64,000 nucleotides of DNA, taken from positions 95,108,001 to 95,172,000 of the forward strand of contig NC_079165.1 in assembly GCF_947568905.1 (NCBI RefSeq), in the 5' to 3' direction. Below are positions 50,201 to 62,013 of this stretch, one piece after another. Position 1 is the stretch's first letter; each line of letters begins with the position of its first letter. Source of the DNA: Ostrea edulis. Its lineage: Eukaryota. Both the position numbers and the translations under genes were made by a program. Under the pieces are notes generated by a model, which was not told the origin of the DNA, ran no database searches, and saw only the letters and a program-made list of their open reading frames with translations.

Positions 50201-50815
50201 GATATTGCTTATAACAGATGAAGGTAGCGAAACTAGTGCCCAGAAGGGAGGGAGAGAATTCATGGAGTCCGAGTTTACGTGGATGGCCACCGAACCAAAG
50301 ACAGAGGAACCCGGTAAAGTCGCATCTGCAACCAACACCGATACGGACAAAGTGGACGTAAAATCGGCAAGAGTGGGATCTGAAGGTTAGTGCTGAAACT
50401 GAAATATTAAACAGTCGCTAAGTGTAGCATTTACTTGTATTTCCCGATATTCAAAGCAATAAATTCCGAGCCGGATTCGGTTCGTTTGATTCTATTGAGA
50501 CGCATGCATGATAAAGTGGCATGGACTCCCCCTTGCGCACATGCTTTTAACCAAAGTGAGATAGTGCCGTAGTAGCAGCCCTTCACTTTACAGGAAGAAG
50601 AGATAACGAATACATGAAAATAAACAGATATCAAAATACATATTCTTGTTTTAGACTCTGGATTCTCCGACAATTCGCCACCAGTTCATCAAAACCACCA
50701 GCCGGACGAACTGGAGCTAATCAACATCCTTCCTCCCACTAGACCGCCCAAGTTCTTCAAGAATATCGCGGACCGGGCAAGGACAGCCAAATCCAGAAAA
50801 GCCTTGTGGAAATGA
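44039..50815 (+). CDS. Uncharacterised type I single-pass membrane protein, 914 aa, 13 exons
   Basis: Exons 44039-44090 (GC donor), 44256-44427, 44513-44622, 44757-44879, 45197-45382, 45875-45990, 46737-46854, 46951-46959, 47683-48018, 48105-48235, 48338-49400, 50218-50385 and 50655-50815 total 2745 nt, all phases compatible. Signal peptide; Cys/Tyr/Thr-rich ectodomain; poly-Thr stalk; TM GIIGGIVGGVLFIVIVVIIIFLCI with stop-transfer RHHKKKR; ~500-aa K/R/S-rich tail. Confidence 0.9.
46295..46650 (+). mobile_element. Full-length tRNA-derived SINE
   Basis: GGTCGCGGTAGTTCAGCGGTAGAGCG (A box), duplicated B-box segment (GAGTTCGAG twice), body, and tail GGTGACGTCTCCATATCAGTGGAAAATTCTCGAC...AAACAAACAATCAAC. 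Not a tRNA gene because there is no acceptor-stem 3' half. Confidence 0.88.
49745..49803 (-). mobile_element. SINE 3' end fragment
   Basis: Reverse complement of the shared tail CCATATGAGTGAAATATTCTCGAGAGGGACGTAAAACAATATACAATCAATCAATC. Confidence 0.75.
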
Positions 50816-53254
50816 AGAATAATTAATTAGCTATCAAATTAGGGTTGTAGGATTTTTGTTGTTGTTTGCTTGTTTTAAAAGAATGAAGATTGTTACGTTT
50901 TATGTTGTTATTCCTAGGATAAAATGAACAGATGAAATCCGCGTCCTCTAGTCAGACAATGAGAGGGTTTCTCTTACTAATGTCGGATCGCTGCATACAT
51001 GCATGTTCCATGTCCGTTGTTAAGTGAAATAAAATCATTTTACACCTTTCTTATTGTGTTAATTTTAAGATTTGATTTCCACTTTCTTGTTCTTCGTCAG
51101 TCTTCAACAACGTGTGCATAAACCGGCAAATTAAATGCCTATTCTCTTTACAATTCTTACAGAGTAATGTTTTACGAACCCTGTCAGAAACGTGACAAGA
51201 TCTCTCTTTTTTTTTTTTATAAACTTTGAAATAAATGAAGAGTAGGTCCGTTAGGATTTGTAAATTTCTAGCACAGATGAACTGATACTTGTAATTTGTA
51301 TTTGACTCGTCATTAATCATTTGTTCAAAACAAAACTTGCGAGAGTAAAGGTGAAATATACACAGGAGATCTGTTTTGTTATTGGCTATTTAAAAGTTTC
51401 TTTCAATAGACAACTGACAGCAAATAGAGTAGAAAAATACTGATTTTATTTGTGCAAAGTTTTAACACAACAAAAATAGAAATCAACAGCTAGCAAACAC
51501 GGACACACATACATGTAAAGTTATTAAAAATACGCATTATCACATATAGAGTGCACGACATTCAATCTAAATTATCTTTTGAAAATAAACAGGACGGAGA
51601 GACGTATATAAAAAAAAGTTTAAATAATTGTAAAAATATAAATCCTCACCAAAAAAATCAATGTCTTAGATGAATGAACATTTTGCTTTCTATAGAACAA
51701 AATGAGACTAACAAAACAGCGGAAATATTACGTGTATGTACTGCTATCACATAGTATTGAAGTGTCAAACTCCGCGGTTTTTTTAGTTCACTACAAATGT
51801 AGTTGGACGAATGTACATTCTCAAAGTACCATATCACTTGTACAGTTTTGAGGAAAATTCAGTTATCAATATATATATTATAACACTTCAAAGATTCTCT
51901 GATGTACTGCTTTACCAGGGTATTTATAAAACTGAAACTCGTTTTCTGATATACAAACCACTATCACAAAACTTGGTAAATTTAAATCTCAGTTAATATA
52001 ATTAATTACTGCACTAATGTTTAATTTCTCAAAGGGAAAATCTTCAAATTCCAGAACAAATACTTTAGCATCGTATGGTTAAAGGTAAGGTTAAAACAGA
52101 GTTCAATGACTAGATCATACAAAATGTATAGCCAGTTCTTCTAAGTTATTGGTTCCCATCATATCGCTGTTTAATGTGCTTCTCAAGTACTCAGTGATGT
52201 AATGTTGACAGGATAAGCACAGTTATACTGAGGAACACCAGTACATAAAACTTGTAGTTGTTTCTTAATCTTATACAAGAATAACGAGTCAAAGCACCAC
52301 AGACTCAAACAGTAGCCTACCAATACAGTACACAACTGCTAATTATTAGTAGTCTACCAATACAGTACACAACAGCTAACTATCACAAATTTAAGTTTTT
52401 CAGGAATGAGGAGAAGTTTGGTAGTGACTGAGAAACCAAACTTAAAAATCTCCAATATTGAATGAAACCAGCTTCACAACATGTTACCCATTGTGGACAC
52501 CAAAATGTATCATAAACTGTGCAATAGTCCATGAGAAAAAAAGCAAAAATATACATGAAAAATTGTTACATTTACATAAACAACTTAATATTTGAAGGAA
52601 ACACAATTTAAAATCCCATACTCAAGAGTCTTTGCATAAACATGCAGTAAAAATATCTTTCAAATACAATTAATATGTAAGTGTCACAAACTGTGTTGAT
52701 AAACTTGTAGTGTCTGTGCAGATTATACATACATACACGTAACCCAACACAATACAGGAAAAAAGTTTGCATTTAGATATAAATTTAACACTTTTGGTGA
52801 CAGTGTTATAAAATTATACAAAAATGTACATGTATGTAAAATTGTAAATCAGTATTCTTTGTATCTGAGGAACTTCAAACACTAAATTCGTCTGCTCATA
52901 TGAAGTAAATTCATTTTCACTAAATCAATTACATGTACATGAATGAAAATGGATGGAATACTGTTAGGTACACCTTGACAACAGACAATATTGTATACAT
53001 ATTGGCAGAATGGAATTTATCATTTGTTTGGAATGTTGGCAAATTGGAGAGAATAAACTGAGAAATGATAAAATGATTCAAAAAATCAGTAAATAAATCA
53101 CAAATAAACTAATTCCTTTCTTATGATAAAATAAATTATTTTGGAACAGTACAATAACCTGTTTGAGGAAGTGTTTCACTTTTAATGCCACACTTCTACA
53201 TTCAAATCGTGTTACACAGCCAGTGTGTACATTCTAGATGTCCCTAAACTTTCT

Positions 53255-54185
53255 CTAACTTGGTTTCATGTCATGTCTACATATAGGACAGCTTGCATTT
53301 CTCTGTAAATGAAAAGATTCAATCATCAATCTTACAAGAGTAGCATCTGTACACTAACTTGGTAGTAAGAATAGTGCCTGTATCTAAAGTCCTGTGCCTG
53401 ACACATCTTCATATGTTTTTTTCTTCATTTAAAACGTTGATGTAATTATGAAAGTTACATGGTTCATTATTCATAAAAATGACTGTTTACCAATGAAATG
53501 GACTTTCGAATTGCTGTAAAAAATTATTTACCTTCAGCCACTCTTTGACACATGCAGCATGATAGTCATGTTTGCATGGTAACGTACAGAGTTTGTCTCC
53601 ACTTTTGTACGATGACAGACACACTCGACAACCAGGTCCCTCATGGTTTTCTGTGTAGATCTGGGTTTTGGAGGTGTACGTCTTCACAGGGAGGGCTTTG
53701 ATTTCCTTCTCTTCCATCCCCCGATTCTTCACTTCCCCAACTCTCTCAGCTAGTTCCCACAATGACTAAAATAGAATGATATTTACCTCATACTGTCATA
53801 TTTCAGCTATTTCTTTGATTACAATAATTTTAAAATGTTATTACAAATTACTGCAATTTAGAGGTTTCTTCAGAAGATATTTTTATTGAATACTGTTTTT
53901 TATGATATTGGTATATTTCTTTCTTCTGAATATAAAGTTTTACCTCATAGTCATTCGGATCAATATCATCTGGGACGAGTAGTTCAGGTCTGCGCCCCAT
54001 CAGAAACAGAATCAGCAACATTGGATCTCTCTATAAAAAAATAAAAAATCATGAGAAAAATACAGCTCAGTGAGGGACAATAGAGGCATCAATTCTTACT
54101 AACTGACCCTGTTGTATATTACTGAGTTGTTGGGTTTTTTTTGTTACAGAAAATCCTGATGATGAATATTTACACACACACACAC

Positions 54186-54238
<53 letters not shown>

Positions 54239-57200
54239 CAGTCAGAATACTTTGGAGGTCATATGCGACATTTCTCAATAATATAGAATTTTTGGTGGCA
54301 TTTCACTTGCATCCTATCTTGTTTCTACAATCAAACATGGGGTACTATACTCACCAGGTTTGTTTGAGAGTTAGCATTTTTTGATAGCTCCTGGTTGTGT
54401 GAAGTAAAAATCTAAATTTAGCTCTTACAAAGATATATGGATCACAAAAAGATGTAAATATGAACTTTACTAAGTAAATGTAGCAAAGAAGAGGAGAGAC
54501 ATCTTTGGATCAATCAGGGACTGAACCCAGAACCCTTGCGTTACTAGTTAGGTGATCTACCCACTGAGTTAACCAGACTGGTATATGAAGTATGGTAATA
54601 TATCAACAATATAAAAGTAAAACAAATTTTGTGGAAATCATACAAAACTCTTCACATAGAGGAGATACTCAGATAGAAATATAATTTTAAGAAAATGTCA
54701 GAAATGTCACATACAATCTAATCAAAATCTACCAATGTGTAGCGATAGTAGATGAGTGGATCATAGGATCTAATTTTAATTAGATTGTGTCACATATGAC
54801 CTTGAATGGAAGACAAACTTTAGCCATTCATGTAAATGTACAGTGTACTATATCTCCTTACAAACTCTCTTACCATCATGTGAATGAAACAAACTCTTGT
54901 TACCATCATGTGAATGAAACAAACTCTTGTTACCATCATGTGAATGAAACAAACTCTCTTACCATCATGTGAATGTAACAAACTCCCTTACCATCATGTG
55001 AATGTAACAAACTTTCTTACCATCATGTGAATGTAACGCATTCTCTTACCATCAGGAAATAAACTCTCTTACCATCATGTGAATGAAACAAACTCTCTTA
55101 CCATCATGTGAATGAAACAAACTCTTTTACCATCATGTGAATGAAACAAACTCTCTTACCATTATGTGAATGAAACAAACTCTCTTACCATCAGGAAACA
55201 AACTCTTTTACCATCATGTGAATGAAACAAACTCCCTTACCATTATGTGAATGTAATGCATTCTCTTACCATCAGGAAACAAACTCTCTTACCATCATGT
55301 GAATGAAACAAACTCTCTTACCATCATGTGAATGAAACAAACTCTTTTACCATCATGTGAATGAAACAAACTCTCTTACCATTATGTGAATGAAACAAAC
55401 TCTCTTACCATCATGTGAATGAAACAAACTCTCTTACCATTATGTGAATGAAACAAACTCTCTTACCATCAGGAAACAAACTCTTTTACCATCATGTGAA
55501 TGAAACAAACTCCCTTACCATCATGTGAATGAAACAAACTCTCTTACCATCATGTGAATGAAACAAACTCTTTTACCATCATGTGAATGAAACAAACTCT
55601 CTTACCATTATGTGAATGAAACAAACTCTCTTACCATCAGGAAACAAACTCTTTTACCATCATGTGAATGAAACAAACCCTCTTACCATCAGGAAACAAA
55701 CTCCCTTACCATCATGTGAATGAAACAAACTCTTTTACCATCATGTGAATGAAACAAACTCTCTTACCATCAGGAAACAAACTCCCTTACCATCATGTGA
55801 ATGAAACAAACTCTCTTACCATCAGGAAACAAACTCCCTTACCATCATGTGAATGAAACAAACTCTCTTACCATCAGGAAACAAACACCCCTTACCATCA
55901 TGTGAATGAAACAAACTCTCTTACCATCATGTGAATGAAACGATCCTCAGCATTAGTGCTGGTTCGTCTTCCATTTAACAGCATTATCTCGGGTTCTGTT
56001 TCTCCTCGGGGGAGTTCTGGACGGTTCAGAGCCAAAGACAGTGGTGGAGCTTCAGGAACAAAAGACATTTGTAACATTAAGTCTGATTGGAGATTAGATC
56101 TTGCTACCATACTCATATACATGTAACTTGAATATTGAAGTCTGTAGCAACCTGATTACCCTAGCAAATACACTTTCAACTTAGAACTGTACGGGTTTTA
56201 TGACCAAAGATTAATATCGTTTCTTTAACAAGTAAAAATGGAATTTGAAAAGTAAATGTATTTCTTGGCTAACAGCACATTGAACTGAAACATTTGACTA
56301 GCATATTTAGTGACTGCCAAGAATTACCAAATAGATGTGCTTTAGCTACACATCCCTTGAGTCCAGTAACATATCAATATTAAGAATTCAGTAACGATTT
56401 GACTTATCAATACTGAAAATTGAAGTTTCTCAGTCAAAATAATAAAGAGGTAATTCTATTACATGCTCTTTAGTTGTTATTTGAAGAGTTGATCTGAAAA
56501 CTAAAGGTCAAGAGTTACAATTTTCACGTTACTTGTATTTCATCTGCAATATACCCTAACATGAGAAATTGCTTTTTGGTGCAAATCTTCACATCCTTCA
56601 TGAAATATGAAAATTAAAATAGAGACAAAGAGATACAGGTCACCTTTTTTCTTGCACCACAAAAAGTCAATTCCGCCAAAGCCATGCTGATGCTTTATTT
56701 TTATATCATAGATAAGAATTGTATACCACTAGCTTCCATTGTCTGAGGTGCATCTGAGGACTGGTCGGTGTCTGTCCTTCTTACAGAGGTTCCCCTGCCT
56801 GTACCTCGTCCCCTTCTGGTAAGGCCTCTACCACGGCCTCTCCCTCTGCTTACCCCTTTGAAAGTATCAAAATTATATTCCTCGTAGAATTATTTCTAAA
56901 ATTTTCCAAGGTGCTTAGGTCATAGTGTAAGAAAATACATGATATCCTAAGTAATACATGTATATGTATGTGTGTATGATATAACAATATTGATGATAGA
57001 TTATGAAAATGCATCTATGAGTACATTATCATGTCACAAGTGACGGTGCAATGAAATAATAATATCATGTAAATTAAAATGGGATGAAATCATAAAATCA
57101 AGATGGAATGGACAAGCATAGAGATTCTCAGTAGATGTATAATAATAATGATAATAATAAATTTATTGAAACCAATTTGGGGCCCTTGAGGAAATACAAG

Positions 57201-59162
57201 TAAAGAGCAACATACAAAAGAAGAAAGTCAAAATTGATAGCAGTAACATGTCGATAAAAAAAAAAAAAAAAGAGAACGATAAAGAAACTGACTACAGAAG
57301 ATAACAGCAGTTCAATAGCGATAAGCAGTTTACATATGCAGTAATAACTCTTGAAAACATAACGCTTAATTCTTGTGGTTACCTCTACGAGTTGAAGCCA
57401 TTGAAGGAGTAGGTGTGGCAACAACATCCGTCTCTGTCGGCCTCATGCCATGTACAGACCTCCTGGGGTTCATCATGCCTCTAGCCCCCCTCCCCCTCTG
57501 TCCCCGGGAGGCAGGGAGTACTGGAGATGCATTGGGGGAGTTCTCCTCTACAGTGGTATCTGTGTCGCTGTCAGAATCATCGTCTTCTTCACTCTCCTAA
57601 TTAATCAAGACACAGATCAAACACGAATCCTGTCAATTATCTTCTATAACTAATCTAATGACAGGCAGATCTACAGTGATTAGAGAGCTAACAACAACAG
57701 ACATTTTATAACTAATACTAATGACAGGCAGATCTACAGTGATTAGAGAGCTAACAAATAATTTCACTTTTGAAAATACACGACGCCATGAGCTGTGACA
57801 CTTCAGGCCGTAATATTTCATGAAGCTTGTCATTGCTTCATGAAAAGTATGCTGAAAGGAAGCATTGCAGTTCATACCATCATGTACTTACATAAAAGAA
57901 GTTTATTTCTTATATATACTATTCCGTTTCCATTTCTGTCAGAATTCCCAGTCAATAAAATAGAGATAATATATTTATCAAGATCCGTGCATTGTTCACA
58001 ACTGCATCACATTCATCATGTTCATGAGAAAATGACTATCATTACCATTGTTAAAGATATCAAAGGAAAAACACTGGAAATGTAAATTTTGAAATACATC
58101 AACAGGACAGACATACCATAAAGTATATATATATGTTATTATTACTGACAACGACAAGATCGCCTTGGCTTCATCAATCCAACACTAATCTACAGATGGT
58201 CAACGACACCTATCATAATAACTTTCACTTCATTGTACGCTTGTAATGCAGTTATAATGTGTATTGTTTACATGGAAAACACACTTACTGACAAAGTATT
58301 TGACTGATTCCTTCTTCGATTATTTCTGCTTGCATGAACCACTAGATCTGCAAACAGTTGTGTTATTGGCGTCATTGATCGAAAAGAGCTTGGTGGGGGG
58401 TGTTCCTCACTCCCCCTCATCCTCATCAGAGGTACAGGCATAATGTTGATGTCCCTGTGCATTCTTCTGGCTATTTCCTCATCCTCCTACAGAATAATCA
58501 TGCTGGGTTTTTTTTTTAATTTGCTCAGAAATATATGATTTTACTTGCATTCAAAGTATTTTGAAGGAAAAAAAATCTGAAAACCTGTAAGTAATCTTCT
58601 TTCTTTTGAATGTGAAAAAAAAACCTGCCACATGTTTTGCTGGTTTTTAAAAAAAAATATCTATAGACAAGATCAGTAATATACTGTGTCGCGTTTTTTG
58701 TTTTTTTCTACGAATCTAAAATTGGGTAATTTCCTGGGTCTACAAAGGTTATAATGTTAATGATTTTAGCGGAATGAATTCTGGAGGACAAAGAATATTT
58801 ATCTCTCTTGAAAATACTGAAGTCGTAATTGGGTGCATATTTGGCGAGTGAAAATTAAGCAGAAAGTTATCCAACCACTAAAATAAGCCAAATTTATCAC
58901 CCCGCAGAAAAAACCCACTATATGACATTAGAGCACTACTATAATGGAAAATGAAGTGTAATACATTTTACTTATTACAAATAATGAAAGAAAGGACTAA
59001 TATTTCTTGCCATTATCAATTTGAACATCTTCAATGTGAGGGACTACAAACCTCTAACACAGCAGCGTTTTCTTCCTCCTGAAGTTGCCTAGCATAAGCC
59101 TCGTCTTTGGTCAAACTTAATGGTCTAGGATTTTGATTACCTGGCCCTTGTCCACTAGCCAT
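53255..59162 (-). CDS. RING-H2 E3 ubiquitin ligase, 392 aa, 8 coding exons
   Basis: Exons 59162-59052, 58486-58289, 57596-57383, 56855-56727, 56082-55925, 54030-53944, 53765-53532 and 53302-53255 total 1179 nt in frame. C-terminal CRVC...[26 protein letters not shown] (C3H2C3) is preceded by DIDPNDYESLWELAERVGEVKNRGM, like the pre-RING motif of RNF38/RNF44/Arkadia-type and plant BIG BROTHER-type ligases. The exact orthologue is not recognised. Confidence 0.92.
54510..54585 (-). mobile_element. tRNA-like SINE head remnant
   Basis: The minus strand reads GGTTAACTCAGTGGGTAGATCACCTAACTAGTAACGCAAGGGTTCTGGGTTCAGTCCCTG, with A/B-box-like spacing, degraded. Confidence 0.55.
54714..54787. mobile_element. 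74-bp micro-MITE, CAATCTAAT termini, 9-bp TSD
   Basis: CAATCTAATCAAAATCTA ... ATCTAATTTTAATTAGATTG. TGTCACATA on both sides (54705-54713, 54788-54796). Confidence 0.85.
54861..55940 (-). repeat. 29/23-bp minisatellite, ~39 units, each a copy of an exon/intron donor junction
   Basis: Plus-strand unit ACCATCATGTGAATGAAACAAACTCTCTT (short variant ACCATCAGGAAACAAACTCTCTT). The minus strand reads ...TTCATTCACATGATG|GTAAGAGAG, and the first unit is the end of coding exon 56082-55925. Confidence 0.95.
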
Positions 59163-59602
59163 GGTGCAGTGAAATTTCTTCAGTCATGTCTATTCAAAAT
59201 CGTGAAGAACATTCACAAAAATGAAAACTCTAGAGAAATAGGAATTTCATTTTAAAATACCACTATATAGGATTTTGTTCAAACTAGCTATTATATGATA
59301 TGACTAGGATAAAACCGTATCATGTCCAAAATCCTCTCATAATCTATTATATATAAATTGGATTAGTATGTACTTTTAGAGGAAACTCGAGATGACATTT
59401 GATTAACAAGTGCTTGTTCTTGACGCAATATTAATTATTACCTCTGGGAACACAAGCTGATCTAACTGATTAGCATTAAACATCACCAATATTTCGTTAT
59501 TTTACTAACCTGGTAATTCTCAAAGATGGAAACCTCCCAGATAGTGACATCCAGCCATTTCTCGAAGGGAAGTAAATCTCCAATATAAACAACTTTGTAG
59601 CT

Positions 59603-59610
59603 CCGGAAGT
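59603..59610 (-). promoter_or_regulatory. ETS-type motif CCGGAAGT at the probable TSS region of the RING gene
   Basis: The motif lies just upstream of a plausible 5' UTR exon ending CCAG|GTTAG at ~59511 (minus strand). Functional use is inferred only. Confidence 0.35.
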
Positions 59611-60404
59611 TGTGTAATTAAAGGCAGCGGGAAATTTTGAATTAGGAGATCAACCTAAATGAGCTATTTTAATACACGATATTGAGTGATGTCACCTATT
59701 CGAATAAATGATATCGAATGGTTAATGTATCAATGGGACACGAATTTTTAAACACATATTTTTCAAAATACAATGGATCAAACCGTTTTATTCAAAGCAA
59801 AATGCTAATTATACATGATTCATACAAAACAAAATATATTAAACATTCTTTTTCAGTTCATGTGATAAATTGTTTTTCACAAAATACTATGTAGTCCATA
59901 GATTGTCTTCTTTATTCTTTGCTCGACATATATTTCTTCAACTAAGTGCTTTGTAAATAAAAAAAGCTACCATAAAAAAATACAAATAACGCATATATCA
60001 AATTTACCAACTGGTCTTCATTTTTTGTTTTAAAAGTATAATTATTAACAAAATTTCAGTATTAAAGACAACTAGCCCCCCCCCCCCCCCCCCCCACTTT
60101 TTTCATTACTTGACCACCATCGATATTTAATGCCGAAATACCGTTCTTTATAGTAAACCAAGAGCGATCTCTCATGAATAAAATCAACACATCTTGGATT
60201 GAATTTTGAAACATCTTACAAGCATTACTTGGATGGTCTTCTCACATTTTCAATAACATAATTATATATTTCAGCAATACCCGCGTGGAAGCGGAAAATG
60301 ACTGCATCTGTTTACTCTCTACTTTATGTCGGATCCGGACGATTTTGGCGGGCTTTCTGTTCGCTGGGAGTAATATTGAGAGAGTTTTTTTTTTAAAGAC
60401 ATAT

Positions 60405-60860
60405 AGATCTCTTGTTTATAAAGACGGCCTCATTTAAGTGAAAGAGATATCTCTCATTTAATATAAGGAAGATAACTCTTTCTTAGAGAGATATCTCTCA
60501 TTTAACTAAAAAAAAAAAAGATAACTCTTTCTTAGAGAGATATCTCTCATTTAACTAAAACAAGATAATTCTTTCTTAGAGATACCTCTCGTTTAACTAA
60601 AAAAAAAAAGATGCCTCTTCCTTAGAGAGATATCTCTCACTTAACTAAAAAAAAGATAACGCTTTCTTAGAGAGATATCTCTCTTTTAACTAAAAAAAAA
60701 ACCCAGATAACTCTTTCTTAGAGAGGTGTCTCTCATTTAACTATAAAAAAAAGAAGAAGATAACTCTTTCTTAGAAAGGTATCTTTCTAGGTTTGGAGAT
60801 ATCCCCTAAAATTGAAAAAATATCTCATTTTCTGAATAAATAGTAAAACGGCTTGGCATA
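60405..60860. mobile_element. AGAGATATCTCT-repeat element (right part)
   Basis: ~40-bp degenerate tandem units AGATAACTCTTTCTTAGAGAGATATCTCTCATTTAACTAAAA, ending GAATAAATAGTAAAACGGCTTGGCATA. Same family as 19394-20995. Confidence 0.7.
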
Positions 60861-61180
60861 GATATCACCTATTCGATTGAGTAGCCCTTGTTGCCAGTGG
60901 GTGAATTAAAGTCTGGGCTATTAAACCGATTTCTCTCTTATTTTTCTCTTAACGCAAACTGTGTGTCTGAGCGAATTTAAAGCTGGACAAACTTCGCTTG
61001 GTAGTGTAAATGGGCGATAATAAACACAGAGCGAAAATAACCCTGTACACAGTATTCGAAAAGAATACGTGATATCGCCTGTTCTAGTGATATTGCCTGT
61101 TCTAACTGGTGATATCCTCAAATCAAAAGCTGAGTAGGTGATATCAACTATCAAATAAAGGATCTGTGGAGTCTTTTATG

Positions 61181-61266
61181 CAATATCTACCCAGAGTTAT
61201 CGTTCCTTACACTCATATACACGTGTGTATGTGAAAGCAAGGAACGACAACTCTGGGTAGAGATTG
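61181..61266. mobile_element. 86-bp micro-MITE with CAAT...ATTG ends
   Basis: TIR CAATATCTACCCAGAGTTATCGTTCCTT / AAGGAACGACAACTCTGGGTAGAGATTG. Flanks TCTTTTATG / TCTTATATA (7/9 match). Confidence 0.7.
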
Positions 61267-62013
61267 TCTTATATACCCAAAACTTAACATGATCCGAATG
61301 CTGGAGGAAACTAACAACTGAATATAGGGTAATATCCCCATTGGTTGATATTCGAGTGGAAGTACATGTGACGTAATCAGTCATTCTTTCACACCCATGC
61401 TTGGTTGTACTTAGACAACATACATCAAGGGGATGATGTTGGTCACGTGTTAATCTATGGTTTTCCCTCCCATCCAGGTTTTATAAAAGCATTATGTATT
61501 GGTTCTTGAGAAACAGGCCAGTCATTTATACATCCATAGTGAACGCCAGGGTACAGCATAATGATAATTTGTGAAGCTCCTGGTACCATGTGATAAGCTG
61601 CTATGGGTGCAGTGATTCGTATCATCCTACATTCAGATTTCCATTTGTGGAGTCACATAATCCGAATGCTGGAGGATACTAATCACTGAGGATAGGGCGA
61701 CTTCCATGTTCTGTTCGAACTTTTCTGCAAAGGCAGTATTCTTATCGACATCAATAAAGAAAATGATAATAAAAAAAATAAAAAAAATACAGACTATAGA
61801 AAATGGCAATGCATGTATTCAGAGATAAGAAAATCTATTACAAAAATATAGCACATGTACAATAAATGTGTAAACTATAGCATGGGGGCCAGGAAAACAC
61901 TGTAGATTTATTGACATCAATTTTACAGTTATATTATGCGTAAAGAACATTTTCTTCCAGAAAAAAAGAAAGCAGTAATATGTTCATATTTCTTCATTGC
62001 TAAAAACATGACT

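Noticed and set aside
54861-55940. CRISPR-like appearance of the 29-bp, 30-bp and 49-bp arrays
   Set aside because: Head-to-tail units with no unique spacers, no cas genes and a eukaryotic context.
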